A DNA stretch of 64,000 bases from Spirochaetia bacterium (GCA_965198005.1 CBDAOI010000002.1:256001-320000), one strand, 5' to 3'; numbered from the stretch's first letter, positions 52,679 through 63,157 are shown. A program made the numbers and translations. The notes: generated by a model from the sequence alone, not told the origin.

Positions 52679-53535
52679 CGGTGTTCCTCCTGTGGGGTTG
52701 GTTGGTGTGGTACCTGCCGGAGAATGGTCGTCCCGGCGGCCCCGGTCAACAGCCTGGCCAGCTCGCCCGCCGCCGCGTACCGCCCGATCACGACCCGCCG
52801 CACGCCCTGGTGCAGAGCGTGCACGGCGGCCTCGAGCTTGGGAATCATGCCGCCCCGGATGGCGCCGCCGGCGATTTCTTCCTGGGCCTGCGCGGGAGTC
52901 AGCGCCGCCAGCACCCGGCCGGCCTTGAGCACGCCCGGCACGTCGGAGAGAAACAGCAGGCGGTCGGCGCTCAGCGCCGGTGCCAAGCGCAATGCCACCG
53001 TGTCGGCGTTGATGTTCACCGGCAGACCCGGCGGTTCCAGACTGGTGGGAGCCACCACCGGCAGGTAGCCATGGTCGAGCAGGAGGCGCACCAGCCGGGT
53101 GTCGACCGCGGCCACGCGCGCCGTGTGGCTGTCACCCAGCCGCGCGCCGGTGAAGATCGGGCCGTCGGCGCCGGTCAGGCCCACCGCCCGCAGCCCGGCC
53201 GCCGCGCAGGCGCGCACCAGCCGGGTGTTCACCGCCCCGCCGAGCACCATGTCGACGTAGGGCATCTCCTGCGCGGAGGTGATCCGCACCCCGTCGACGA
53301 AGCGCGGCTCGAGGCCGACCCGCCGGGTAAGCTCGCTCACCTCGGCGCCGCCGCCATGTACCAGGACGACGCGCGCACCGCCGCGGACCAGGCCGGCCAG
53401 CTCGCCCGCCAGCGCGGCCAGTACCGACGGCTCCTCGCCGGCGGCGCCGCCCAGCTTGATCACGATCAGCTCCGCCGCGCCCGGCGGCCGCTGGGGTCCC
53501 GCGGGGCGCGCGGTTCCGCGGCCCGAAGATGCCAT
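52657..53535 (-). CDS. argB: Acetylglutamate kinase
   Basis: VIKLGG, VHGGG, NINAD, SDVPGV, GGMIPK. Confidence 0.93.
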   Translation of the reverse strand: MASSGRGTARPAGPQRPPGAAELIVIKLGGAAGEEPSVLAALAGELAGLVRGGARVVLVHGGGAEVSELTRRVGLEPRFVDGVRITSAQEMPYVDMVLGGAVNTRLVRACAAAGLRAVGLTGADGPIFTGARLGDSHTARVAAVDTRLVRLLLDHGYLPVVAPTSLEPPGLPVNINADTVALRLAPALSADRLLFLSDVPGVLKAGRVLAALTPAQAQEEIAGGAIRGGMIPKLEAAVHALHQGVRRVVIGRYAAAGELARLLTGAAGTTILRQVPHQPTPQEEHRCNETVQ

Positions 53536-54575
53536 CAGGTCTCGCCGAACCGCGGCAGTCCGGCGGTCTCCTCCAGCCCGAAGCGGAGGTTCATGTTCTG
53601 GATCGCCTGACCGGCGGCGCCCTTCACCAGATTGTCGATTACCGAGAACAGCAACACCTGGTCGCCCGCAACGCGCCAGCCGATGTCGCAGCGGTTCGCC
53701 CCCCACACGTCGGCAGTGGCGGGAATACGGTCCCCCGTGAGGTGCACGAACGGCGCCTCCGCGTAGCCCCGCTCCAGTGCCTGCGTGACCCGGCCGGCGG
53801 CGCGCGGCGCCCGCAACGTGGCCACGGTGGTGGCGGCCAGCCCGCGCCGCATCGGCACCAGGTGGGGCGTGAACAGCAGGTCCAGGTCGGACGCGACCGC
53901 GGCGAGCTGCGCCATCATCTCCGCGTGGTGGCGGTGGCTGCGCCCGGGAGCGTAGGCGGTGACGTTCTCGCTCAGCTCCGTGAACAGGTATTCGACGCTC
54001 ACCTTGCGCCCGGCACCGGTGATGCCGCTCATCGCGTTGGCAATCACGGTGCCGCGCAGCAGCCCCGCCGCGGCCAGCGGCAGCAGCGGCAGCAGCACCG
54101 CGGTGGGATAGCAGCCGGGGTTGGCGATGATCGGAGCGCCGCGGATCGCGTCGGCGTGCCACTCGCACAACCCGTATGCCGCGCGCGGCAGCAGGTCCGG
54201 CCGTGGCGGGGCGGTCCCGTACGCGGCCGCGAACCGCGCGTGGTCCTGAATCCGAAAATCGGCCGCGAGGTCGATCACTACCGCCGAATCGAACCAGGGC
54301 GCGGCGCCGGCCGCGGAGGTGAGCGGCGGCAGCGCGGAGAACACCACGTCGGTCGGGCGTTGCGCCGCCGCGGCGGCGTCGACCAGCAGACCGTCCCCCA
54401 GCTTGGGATGCGAGCCGCCGGCGAGGGGCGCGAACCCGGGCACCACCGTGGCCAACGGCTCGCCGGCGCGGGAGCCGGACACCGGGATCAGACCGGTGAC
54501 CGCCGGGTGATCGACGAGCAGCCGCAGCAGGTGCGCGCCGGAGTAGCCGGTGGCGCCGAGCACGGTCGCGATCAC
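53535..54575 (-). CDS. argC: N-acetyl-gamma-glutamyl-phosphate reductase
   Basis: GATGYSG, IANPGCYPT, HRHHAE, FTPHLVPMRRG, DNLVKGAAGQA. Confidence 0.95.
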   Translation of the reverse strand: MIATVLGATGYSGAHLLRLLVDHPAVTGLIPVSGSRAGEPLATVVPGFAPLAGGSHPKLGDGLLVDAAAAAQRPTDVVFSALPPLTSAAGAAPWFDSAVVIDLAADFRIQDHARFAAAYGTAPPRPDLLPRAAYGLCEWHADAIRGAPIIANPGCYPTAVLLPLLPLAAAGLLRGTVIANAMSGITGAGRKVSVEYLFTELSENVTAYAPGRSHRHHAEMMAQLAAVASDLDLLFTPHLVPMRRGLAATTVATLRAPRAAGRVTQALERGYAEAPFVHLTGDRIPATADVWGANRCDIGWRVAGDQVLLFSVIDNLVKGAAGQAIQNMNLRFGLEETAGLPRFGET

Positions 54576-55090
54576 GACGCCTGCTCCACGAGCGCCGGCA
54601 CGCGCCGGCGCAGGGCGCGCTCGGCGGCGGCCGCCGTGGTCCCGTCCGCGAGCACCGCGAGGATGGTGTCGTCGCCGGCTACCGTGCCGAGGATGCCGGG
54701 CACCTGCAGCTTGTCCAGGGCGAAGGCAACACTGCTGCCGTGGCCCGGCAGCGTGCGGATCACGACCAGGTTGCCGGAAAAGGCGATCGACCGATACCCG
54801 TACAGAAACGCGTGCTGCAAGCTGGCGTCCGACCCGGAGGTGTCCAGCTCGTCGCGAAAGGCGTAGCTGTAGCCGCCGCGCCCGTCCGGCAGCTTCCCGA
54901 CCTTGAGCAGCTTGAGGTCACGCGACAGCGTGGCCTGGGTCACCCGATGCCCACGCGCCGCAAGCGAGCGCAGCAACTGCCCCTGACTGGTGACGGCGCC
55001 GCCGGCGATCAGTTCCCGCACCAGCCGCTGGCGCGTCGCCGCCGCGGCCCTGCCCCGCGGGGCGGACGTCACGGCCGTATTTTCATTCAT
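54572..55090 (-). CDS. argR: Arginine repressor
   Basis: VTQATLSRDL, VIRTLPG, LGTVAGDDTI. Confidence 0.95.
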   Translation of the reverse strand: MNENTAVTSAPRGRAAAATRQRLVRELIAGGAVTSQGQLLRSLAARGHRVTQATLSRDLKLLKVGKLPDGRGGYSYAFRDELDTSGSDASLQHAFLYGYRSIAFSGNLVVIRTLPGHGSSVAFALDKLQVPGILGTVAGDDTILAVLADGTTAAAAERALRRRVPALVEQAS

Positions 55091-55128
55091 GGATCAGCAT
55101 GAATACTCACTCCGGTTGGAGTGGTCAA
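55074..55128 (-). promoter_or_regulatory. arg operon promoter with tandem ARG boxes
   Basis: TTGACC-N17-TATTCA; 18-bp boxes AGTGAGTATTCATGCTGA (55111-55094) and CATGAATGAAAATACGGC (55091-55074), 2 bp apart. Confidence 0.7.
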
Positions 55129-55275
55129 GCGCCGCGTGGTTCGGGCCAAGCAGAAACTTCGTCAGGCAAAGACCAAGCCAGCACCGGCCGCGCCGCACGG
55201 ACAGATCTTCCGCCGGTTGCGCAGCCGCCGTGGAAGCGGTACCGTGCCCGAGAGTCTCCGATCCGATCGCAGCGC

Positions 55276-56382
55276 ATGAGTTTCGACCCAGAGGCCAACG
55301 CCGCTCCCGGCATCGGCCGCATCGCACCCTACGTTCCCGGACGCACCATCGACGAAGTGGCGCGCGCGCTCGGCTTGTCGGACATCATCAAGCTCGCCTC
55401 CAACGAGAATCCGCTCGGCATCAGCCCCCGGGCGGCGGCCGCGATCCGGGCGTGCGCCGGCCGCGGCCATCTGTATCCCGAGATCGTCCAGCCGGAGTTG
55501 CAGACCGCGCTCGGACAGGCCAACGGGGTCGCACCGGAGTGCATCGTGACCGGCAACGGCGCCGACTCGATCCTGTACTGCGCCGCGCTGGCGTTTCTGC
55601 GACCGGGCGACGAGGTGCTGGTGCCGGCAGTGACGTTCGACCTGTACCGCACCGTGGCGCTGACCAAGGCGGCCACGGTAGTCGAAGTTCCCATGCCGGG
55701 GCTCCGGATCGACCCGGCGGCGATCCTGGAGCGGGTCACTGCGCGCACCCGCATGCTGTTCGTGTGCAATCCCAACAACCCCACCGGGGGGCTGGTCTCC
55801 GCCGCCGCGTTCGAGCGGCTGTTGGCGGGGCTCCCCGAGCGGGTGGTGCTGGTGCACGACGAGGTGTACCGCGAGTTTGCCGACGCCGCCGAGTTTCCCG
55901 ACCTGATCGCGCGCGTCGCGGGCGGGGCCGGCAACCTGATTCTGGTGCGCAGCATGGCCAAGGCGTACGGTCTGGCCGGCGTGCGCTTCGGGTACGGCAT
56001 CATGGCGCCCCCGACCGCCGCCCTGCTGCACCGCGTGCGGCCGCCGTTCGACACCTCGCTGCTGGCCCAGGCGGCGGCGCTCGCGGCGCTGACCGATGAC
56101 GAATTCCTGCAGCGCACGCTGGCCCTCAACCGCGCCGGCAAGCGGCAGCTCTACGGCGCGTTCAGCCGGCTCGGGCTGCAGGCGCTGCCCACGCACGCCA
56201 ATTTCATTCTGGTCGACGTCGGCCGCGACGCGCGTACCGTGGCCCGCCGGCTGCTGGAGCAGGGCGTGATCGTGCGCACCCCGCGCCACCCCGCGCTGGC
56301 CCGCCATCTACGGGTGAGCGTCGGGACGGAAACCGAGAATCGCCGTTTCATCGCCGCGCTCGAACCCACCCTGCGAGCATGA
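55276..56382 (+). CDS. hisC: Histidinol-phosphate aminotransferase
   Basis: PYVPG, KLASNENPLG, GNGAD, CNPNNPTG, DEVY, RSMAKAYGLAGVRFGY. Confidence 0.92.
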   Translation: MSFDPEANAAPGIGRIAPYVPGRTIDEVARALGLSDIIKLASNENPLGISPRAAAAIRACAGRGHLYPEIVQPELQTALGQANGVAPECIVTGNGADSILYCAALAFLRPGDEVLVPAVTFDLYRTVALTKAATVVEVPMPGLRIDPAAILERVTARTRMLFVCNPNNPTGGLVSAAAFERLLAGLPERVVLVHDEVYREFADAAEFPDLIARVAGGAGNLILVRSMAKAYGLAGVRFGYGIMAPPTAALLHRVRPPFDTSLLAQAAALAALTDDEFLQRTLALNRAGKRQLYGAFSRLGLQALPTHANFILVDVGRDARTVARRLLEQGVIVRTPRHPALARHLRVSVGTETENRRFIAALEPTLRA

Positions 56383-57047
56383 TCGCGGCCCGCCCGCGTG
56401 GGGCGCTGGTACTGGCGGGGCTGGCGGCGGGGCTGGCGCTGGCAGGCTGCGAGACGCGCGCACCCGAGCTGCGTGAGCTGCACTGGCAACTGGTCGACTT
56501 CCACGACCAATCGCTGGATGACCGGTACGAGGCCCTGAGTCTGTTCGCCCGGGTGAGCGACGCCGACGGTGCGGACGATCTCGATGAACTGTACCTGATC
56601 TTCGAGGCGGGTGAGCTGTATTGGCGCCTGACGGCCGACGACTGGATCCAGACCGACCGAAACGGCGCGGTCTGGATCGGCAGTACCACGCTGGCGATGC
56701 CGGGCCGGGAGCCGTTTCCTCCCGGAGAGTACCGCGTGCTGGTGGTGGACATCGGCGGCGAGCGGGCCGAGCTGCGGTTCGTGCTTCCCGCCCGGCGCAG
56801 CGCCACGCCGGCGCCCGAGGTCAGGGCTACCGACACCGGCTTCACGGTGCGCGGCGCGACCGACTACGAACTGTGGGTCCTGGCCGAGGGCAACCTGGTG
56901 GCGACGATCGACGCCACCGAACCGGTCGATCTCGTGCGCCGCCTCGACGGCCGCGACGAGACCCGCTATCAGGTGTACGTATACGGACACCTGCCCGCAA
57001 CGGAGCAGGGAGTCCTGGCCGGTCCATACGAATGGCGCCGGCCGTAG
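56379..57047 (+). CDS. Hypothetical lipoprotein
   Basis: Signal peptide ending in lipobox LAGC; ATGA overlap with hisC. Confidence 0.75.
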   Translation: MIAARPRGALVLAGLAAGLALAGCETRAPELRELHWQLVDFHDQSLDDRYEALSLFARVSDADGADDLDELYLIFEAGELYWRLTADDWIQTDRNGAVWIGSTTLAMPGREPFPPGEYRVLVVDIGGERAELRFVLPARRSATPAPEVRATDTGFTVRGATDYELWVLAEGNLVATIDATEPVDLVRRLDGRDETRYQVYVYGHLPATEQGVLAGPYEWRRP

Positions 57048-57070
57048 TGCCAGCTGCCGGGCGGGGCACA

Positions 57071-57143
<73 letters not shown>

Positions 57144-57500
57144 GGGGCCTTGGATTGTCCCCAATTTACCACGCCGCGCAGCACCGGATCAACCGGATCC
57201 ATCCGGGCGATCCGGGCGGTCTCTAGACGCGGTTTCTGGGATCGCCAAGAAGGACGCCGTGAAAGGACGCCGGATCGATGTCTGACTTGAGGAAACAGCG
57301 TATGGGTGACGCACGCGAGCCAACGTCCTCGTTGCCGTGCTGATCGGCGGCACCGCCGGATTCTTCGGTGGCGTCACTGCAGCGGCCTGCTGGCCGTGGT
57401 GCTCGGGATCGTGCTGCCGCTGTTGATCGGCGTGGCGCTTCGTGCAACCGGCAAGGCCGGCAAGGTTGATGCAATGACGCGATGCTGCCATGATGCTCTC

Positions 57501-57725
57501 ATGCGAACCACCGTCACGATCGACGATGATGTAATCGCCGTTGCGCGCACGCTCGCGCAGAATAGCGGCAGCAGTCTGGGGAGCGCGTTGTCCGTGCTCG
57601 CACGTCGCGGTTTCAGGCGGGTAGAAACCGACGACGCGGGCGAAGTACCGGTATTTCGGATTGCTCCCGACACCCCCCCCATTACCAGCGAGGATGTCCG
57701 TAAGGCGCTGAGCGATTGGCCATGA
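57501..57725 (+). CDS. VapB-type ribbon-helix-helix antitoxin
   Basis: MRTTVTIDDDV...SLGSALSVLARRG...PITSEDV; coupled to a PIN gene. Confidence 0.85.
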   Translation: MRTTVTIDDDVIAVARTLAQNSGSSLGSALSVLARRGFRRVETDDAGEVPVFRIAPDTPPITSEDVRKALSDWP

Positions 57726-57982
57726 TCGCGTTACCCGACGTCAACGTGTTGATTGCGCTCGCCTGGCCTAATCACGTGCACCATGATCCAGCGCGGTCAT
57801 GGTTCGCGGCCAACCGCAACACCGGGTGGGCGACCTGCCCGCTAACTGAAGCCGGGTTTGTACGCGTCTCCTGCAATAGCTTGGCGGTCAAGCCGGAGGT
57901 CGCACGCGCTCGCACCGCCCTGCGTGACACTTTGTCACCCCTGCGCTGCAATCGTCCTCCAAACCAGATCTTGCCCCTCTGA
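57722..57982 (+). pseudogene. Truncated VapC PIN-domain toxin
   Basis: MIALPDVNVLIALAWPNHVHH...WATCPLTEAGFVRVS; similarity is lost after ~60 aa and the C-terminal acidic PIN residues are absent. Confidence 0.82.
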
Positions 57983-58101
57983 TTCACTCAATACGAGACC
58001 TACACCCAGATGATATGATCCGCGACGCCGCACATCGCGGCGGGGGCCGGCGGGGCCGGGCGGTTGTCAAGCGTACGGGCGGCTGGTAGCGTGATGGCCG
58101 G

Positions 58102-59148
58102 ATGCCCGCGCACATCACCCATCTTCTGTTCGCCGAGGATGTTCTGCGGCAGGCCACGGCCAACGCGGACGCGATTCTGGAGCGCGCCGGCAACCTGTTC
58201 TGCCTGGGTGCGCAGGGGCCCGACATCTTCTACCACAATCAACGTACGCGCCCGTTCGCACTGCGCTACGGCACGCTGCTGCATCGCCGGGGCTACGGCA
58301 CGGTGATCGCGCACATGGCGGAGCTGCTGGCCGCGGCGACGCGCCGTGGCGGTCTCGATTGGGAGGCGGCGGGCTACCTGCTGGGGTTCGCCACCCACGC
58401 CGAGTTGGACCGCCACACCCATCCGTACATCATCTGCCGCGGCGGCTGGGTGCGATCCGACGACGCCGCCAGCCGCGTGTACTTCCGCTGCCATGCCTTC
58501 CTCGAACGCATGCTCGACGTGGTGGCGCTGCGCGAGCTGCGCGGAGCGGAGTTGCACCAGTTCGACTTCTTTTCCCGGATCTACTGTGGCGAGAACCTGC
58601 CGTACACGACCCTCAAGATGCTGCTCAAGGCGATTGACGCGGCCTACCCGGATGCCCGCTACAAGTCGCGCAACCGGCGCCGGATCGAGAATGCCTACGC
58701 GGATTCGATGCGGTTCTATACGCTCACCGATCATCGCAATCCGCAATTGCGCCGGAAGGCACTGGAACTGGACCGGAGCGAGGGGTTCCAACGGCGCCGC
58801 ATTGCCGTGTTTCACTTTCCCGAGCACGGCCAGGAGCTGGATCCCGGCAACCTGCAACACCGGCCGTGGCCCCATCCGTGCGCTCCCGAGGTCCGCAGCA
58901 CGGACAGTCTGATCGACCGGATGGCCGCGGCGCGTGCCGTGCTCACGCCCCGGCTGCGAACCCTGGCGGCAACCGTCGGCGTCGCCTTCGACCCGCCGGC
59001 GGCCCCGCTGCCGGCCGCCGACCTGGCGGCGCTGTTCGGCGACCAGAGCCTCGGGGCCACCCTCGACGCCCGCACCTGTACCCCGATTCACGCCGAGCCG
59101 CTGCCGTTGCCCGCGGTGTTCGACCGGCTGTACGCGGAAACCGCATGA
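58102..59148 (+). CDS. Zinc-dependent phospholipase C family protein
   Basis: MPAHITH, GAQGPDIFY, GFATHAELD..HPYI, HAFLE; TTGTCA-N17-TAGCGT upstream. Confidence 0.8.
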   Translation: MPAHITHLLFAEDVLRQATANADAILERAGNLFCLGAQGPDIFYHNQRTRPFALRYGTLLHRRGYGTVIAHMAELLAAATRRGGLDWEAAGYLLGFATHAELDRHTHPYIICRGGWVRSDDAASRVYFRCHAFLERMLDVVALRELRGAELHQFDFFSRIYCGENLPYTTLKMLLKAIDAAYPDARYKSRNRRRIENAYADSMRFYTLTDHRNPQLRRKALELDRSEGFQRRRIAVFHFPEHGQELDPGNLQHRPWPHPCAPEVRSTDSLIDRMAAARAVLTPRLRTLAATVGVAFDPPAAPLPAADLAALFGDQSLGATLDARTCTPIHAEPLPLPAVFDRLYAETA

Positions 59149-60173
59149 CCCGGCCCACCGATGCGGCGACCCGCGGGTTCCTGCGCGGCACCGCGCGCGA
59201 TCGGGGCTACGAGCGCGTGGCCAAGTTTCTGCTTCTGCAGGGCGCCGGGCCGGCAGCCCGGGTGCTGGCCGGGCTGACCGAGGGAGAGGCGATCGGGATC
59301 GTCTCCGCGATCGCCGGGATCCGGTTCGTGGGGCCGCACGAGGCGCGGCGGATCCTCGACGAGTTCGGCTATCGGCTGGCGCACCGGGAGCTGCTGGCCC
59401 ACGGCGGCCGGGCCGCGGCGCGCATTTTCCTGGCCGCGGCGGTGGGCGACGAGCGCGCCGACGAACTGTGGGCGCAGGTGCGCGCGCCGCTGCCGCCGGC
59501 CGCGGACCAACGGCAGCCGGAGCACATGGTCGCCGCGGTGAGTGGTGTTCCCGTGGCGACCGCCGCCTCGATCGTTGCCCGCCTGCCCGCTCGGCTGGGC
59601 GGGGCCGTGCTGGAGCGACTGCGCCCTGCCCGCCGTGACGACCTTGCCTACCGGATCGCGGAGTCGGGAGCGGCAGTGCCGGCACCGGGCGCGCAGCAAC
59701 CGGAGGCGTCCTCCCCAGCGGCCGATGCGGCCGGCGCGGCGGCGCCGCGCGTGGACGGTCCGGTCGTCCTCAGCGGCATGCTCGCGCACGTGGCCCCTCC
59801 TGCGCGGGCAGCGATGCTCGACGCGCTGGAGCGGCGCCACGCCGGCCTGGCGGACGAGGTGCGGCGCGGCCTGCTGTGCGCGCCGCAGGTGCCCGAGCGG
59901 CTGCTGCCGCGGGTCGCCGCGGCCGACCTGCGGCGCCTGCTGTGCGCCCGCACCGACCGCCAGGTCGCCCTGCTCCTGGCCGGCGCCGCACCGCCGCTGG
60001 CGCGGCTGCTGCGCGCCCATCTTCCCCAAGACCGGCTGCCGGCGGTGCACCGCGGCGCGCCCCCGCCGCCCCTGGCGTGCGAGGAAGGCGGCGCCCTGCT
60101 GGGGCTGGTGGAAGAGGTAGAGCGCGCGGCACGGGCGGGGACGATCACGCTGAACGGAGCCGCGCCATGCTGA
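59145..60173 (+). CDS. Divergent FliG-like protein (spirochaete FliG1-like)
   Basis: RVAKFLLL..A..VL..L, EARRILDEF, GG...AR..L..A.G.ERA, DG...L..ML; ATGA overlap with the upstream gene. Confidence 0.6.
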   Translation: MTRPTDAATRGFLRGTARDRGYERVAKFLLLQGAGPAARVLAGLTEGEAIGIVSAIAGIRFVGPHEARRILDEFGYRLAHRELLAHGGRAAARIFLAAAVGDERADELWAQVRAPLPPAADQRQPEHMVAAVSGVPVATAASIVARLPARLGGAVLERLRPARRDDLAYRIAESGAAVPAPGAQQPEASSPAADAAGAAAPRVDGPVVLSGMLAHVAPPARAAMLDALERRHAGLADEVRRGLLCAPQVPERLLPRVAAADLRRLLCARTDRQVALLLAGAAPPLARLLRAHLPQDRLPAVHRGAPPPPLACEEGGALLGLVEEVERAARAGTITLNGAAPC

Positions 60174-61456
60174 TCGCCGAGTTGCCGGGCCACGTGGGCC
60201 GCCAGGTGGAGGTCGCGGGCTGGCTGTACAACCGCCGTTCCACCGGCAAGATCCACTTCCTCCAGCTCCGCGACGGCAGCGGCCGCGTGCAGGGCGTGGC
60301 GGTGCGGGACGAGTGCTCGCCGGCAACGTTCGCCGCCATCGGCACCCTCAAGATGGAGGCAAGCCTGCGCGTGCGCGGCACCGTGCGTAGCGACCGGCGC
60401 GCGCCGAGCGGGGTCGAGCTGGCGGTCACCGAGGTCACGGTGTGCCACAACCCGACCGCCGACTACCCGATCGCCAAGAAGGAGCACGGCATCGACTTCC
60501 TGCTGGAACACCGCCATCTCTGGCTGCGTTCGGTGCGTCAGGAGGCGATGCTGCGCATCCGCAGCCGCACGGCCGCCAGCCTGCGGCGGTTCTTCGACGA
60601 GCGTGGATTCACCCTGGTCGATACGCCGATTCTGACCGGCACGATCGGCGAGAGTGCGGGCGCGCTGTTCACCCTCCCCTACTTCGATCTGGGGGATGCG
60701 TACCTGGCGCAGACCGGTCAGCTCTACCTCGAGGCCGCCTGCGCGGCCCTGGGCAAGGTGTACAACTTCGGTCCCACGTTTCGCGCCGAGAAATCCAAGA
60801 CCCGCCGCCATCTCACCGAGTTCTGGATGCTGGAGGCGGAAGTGGCGTTCATGGACAGCGCGGGCAATCAGGAGCTGCAGGAACAGTTGGTCAGCGCCGC
60901 GGTGGCGGACGTGGCGGCGCAGTGTGCGGGTGAGCTGGACACGCTGGGCCGCGATCCGGCGCCGCTGCGCGCGGTGCGGCCGCCGTTTCCGCGGCTCGAC
61001 TACGGCGAGGCGGTCGAGCGGCTGCGCGCCGCCGGCAGCGCCATCGCCTGGGGCCAGGACCTCGGCGCCGACCACGAGACCATCCTGGCCGGCCAGTTCG
61101 AGCGCCCGGTGTTCGTGGTCAACTACCCGCGCGCGGCCAAGCCGTTCTACATGAAGCGCAACCCGGACGACGAGCGCACCGTGCTGTGTTCCGACCTCCT
61201 GGCCCCCGAGGGGTACGGCGAGATCATCGGCGGTTCCCAGCGCGAAGATGACTACGACGCCCTGCTGGCGCGCATCCGCGAAGCCGGCCTGCCGGAAGAC
61301 TCCTACCGCTGGTACCTGGATCTGCGCCGCTACGGCAGCGTGGTCCATTCCGGGTTCGGAATCGGCCTCGAGCGCACCGTGGCGTGGCTCACGGGCACCC
61401 CCCACGTCCGCGAAAGCTCCCCGTTCCCGCGCACCTTGTCCCGCATCTATCCGTGA
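60167..61456 (+). CDS. asnS: Asparaginyl-tRNA synthetase
   Basis: [64 protein letters not shown]. Confidence 0.96.
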   Translation: MLIAELPGHVGRQVEVAGWLYNRRSTGKIHFLQLRDGSGRVQGVAVRDECSPATFAAIGTLKMEASLRVRGTVRSDRRAPSGVELAVTEVTVCHNPTADYPIAKKEHGIDFLLEHRHLWLRSVRQEAMLRIRSRTAASLRRFFDERGFTLVDTPILTGTIGESAGALFTLPYFDLGDAYLAQTGQLYLEAACAALGKVYNFGPTFRAEKSKTRRHLTEFWMLEAEVAFMDSAGNQELQEQLVSAAVADVAAQCAGELDTLGRDPAPLRAVRPPFPRLDYGEAVERLRAAGSAIAWGQDLGADHETILAGQFERPVFVVNYPRAAKPFYMKRNPDDERTVLCSDLLAPEGYGEIIGGSQREDDYDALLARIREAGLPEDSYRWYLDLRRYGSVVHSGFGIGLERTVAWLTGTPHVRESSPFPRTLSRIYP

Positions 61457-61523
61457 TCGGCGCGCCGTCGGTATACTCAGGCGGAATGCATCACCGACGC
61501 ATCGCAGACCGGGGGAGCGTGGC

Positions 61524-62027
61524 ATGAACTCCTCGTTGTCGCTGGCAATGGCCTACCTGCTGTGGGCGGTCGGCGGATTCGGCACCCTCGGCCTGCACCG
61601 CTTCTACCTGAGCAAGCCGGGCACCGGCGTGTTGTGGCTGCTCACCGGCGGCCTGCTCGGGATCGGAGCGCTGGTGGATCTGTTTCGGATGCCGACCCTG
61701 GTGGACGAAGCGAACATCCTGGACCGCCACCGGGCGCAACTCGACCTGCCCCCCGACCCGGAGCCGCAACGCGTGGCCGCACCCCCGCCGGACTCGCTCG
61801 AGCGCGTGATTCTGAAACTGGCCAGGGCCGACGGCGGTCTGGTGTCACCCGGCGAAGTCGCCACCCGCGGCAACTGGACCCTGGACGAGGCCAAGGCGTA
61901 CCTGGAGACGATGGTCGAGAAGGGACACGCCGAGCTGCGCGCCACCAGGAGCGGCTCGCCGGCGCTGGTCTACGTGATTCCCGAGTTCCTGACCGACGAG
62001 ACCCGCCGCACGATCGAGGAGCTGTAG
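61524..62027 (+). CDS. TM2-domain protein with C-terminal winged-helix-like domain
   Basis: [38 protein letters not shown]. Confidence 0.88.
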   Translation: MNSSLSLAMAYLLWAVGGFGTLGLHRFYLSKPGTGVLWLLTGGLLGIGALVDLFRMPTLVDEANILDRHRAQLDLPPDPEPQRVAAPPPDSLERVILKLARADGGLVSPGEVATRGNWTLDEAKAYLETMVEKGHAELRATRSGSPALVYVIPEFLTDETRRTIEEL

Positions 62028-62036
62028 CGGCGCCGT

Positions 62037-62642
62037 TCAGCCGATGCGGCCCTTGGTCGACATGCCGCCGGTGGCCGGGGCGTAGGCTCCGGCCAGGGCG
62101 CGGCCGAGCGCCTTGAACAGCGCCTCGACCATGTGGTGTGCGTTTTCGCCGTGGCGGACCGTGGCGTGGAGGTTGATCTGGGCGCGCGTGGCGAGGGCGC
62201 CGAGGAACTCCCGCACCAGCGCGACCTCGAAGGTCCCGACCGTGGACTGCGGATAGCGCGCCGCGTAGTGCAGATAGGGACGGCCCCCCACGTCGACCGC
62301 GACCTCGGCCAGGGCGTCGTCCATCGGAATCAGCGCGCTGGCAAACCGCCGGACCGGACCGAGGTCGCGCACCGCGCGCAGACAGTCGCCCAGCACCAGC
62401 CCCACGTCCTCGACCAGATGGTGAGGATCGACCTCCTCGTCGCCGCGCGCCCGCACCTGGAGCTCGAAGCCGCCGTGGAACGCCATCGCTTCCAGCACGT
62501 GGCTGAAGAACGGCACCGTGGTGTCGACCCGCACCGATTCACGCCGGTCCAGATCCACCTCGACCGTCACGTCGGTTTCGCTGGTGGCGCGCTCCCTGCG
62601 AGCCCGGCGCGCGCCGGTGGCCGGAGGATCCGCCCTCGCCAT
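62037..62642 (-). CDS. hisB: Imidazoleglycerol-phosphate dehydratase
   Basis: R.TSET, DPHHLVEDVG, PMDDAL, GENAHHMVEALFKA, STKG. Confidence 0.95.
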   Translation of the reverse strand: MARADPPATGARRARRERATSETDVTVEVDLDRRESVRVDTTVPFFSHVLEAMAFHGGFELQVRARGDEEVDPHHLVEDVGLVLGDCLRAVRDLGPVRRFASALIPMDDALAEVAVDVGGRPYLHYAARYPQSTVGTFEVALVREFLGALATRAQINLHATVRHGENAHHMVEALFKALGRALAGAYAPATGGMSTKGRIG

Positions 62643-62647
62643 GCCTG

Positions 62648-63157
62648 CTACCAGTGTTCGTAGGCGACGATGTCCGCCAGCGGCTTGCGCGAGCTGACCG
62701 GCGGCTTCTGATCGGTGTAGCCGAGGGCGACGACAATCACCACCCGCATCGCGTGCGGAATGCTCAGCAGATCCTGCACCTCCTGCTCGTCGAAGGTGGT
62801 GATGGCGCAGGAGCCGAGCCCTTCGTGCGTCGCCTGCAGCAACATGAAGCCGGCGGCCAGGCTGAGGTCGACCGGATAGGAAAGCTGGCCGTTGGGCATG
62901 CGATAATCGATATTGGTGGTACAGACGGCTATACTCACCGGAGCGGTCAGCATCTGTTCCGCACCGAACGCGGCGTCGGCGAGCCTGCTTCTCAGATCCG
63001 TCCGCGTGACCACGACGAAGCGCCACTCCTGTCGATTCTTGGCCGAGGGAGCAAGGCGGCCTGCGGTCAGGATGCGTTCGATAATGCGCCCACTGACCGG
63101 TCGCGGAAGGAACTTCTTGGCACTCCACCGTGCCTTTATTGCCGGAAGAATGTTCAT
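62648..63157 (-). CDS. Nitroreductase family protein
   Basis: IKARWSAKKF, APSAKNRQEWRFVVV, LQATHEGLGSC, LGY. Confidence 0.9.
   Translation of the reverse strand: MNILPAIKARWSAKKFLPRPVSGRIIERILTAGRLAPSAKNRQEWRFVVVTRTDLRSRLADAAFGAEQMLTAPVSIAVCTTNIDYRMPNGQLSYPVDLSLAAGFMLLQATHEGLGSCAITTFDEQEVQDLLSIPHAMRVVIVVALGYTDQKPPVSSRKPLADIVAYEHW

Noticed and set aside
50242..54575. LysW-dependent lysine/arginine pathway
   Set aside because: No lysW or lysX present; linkage to argR and argG favours the acetylated arginine route.
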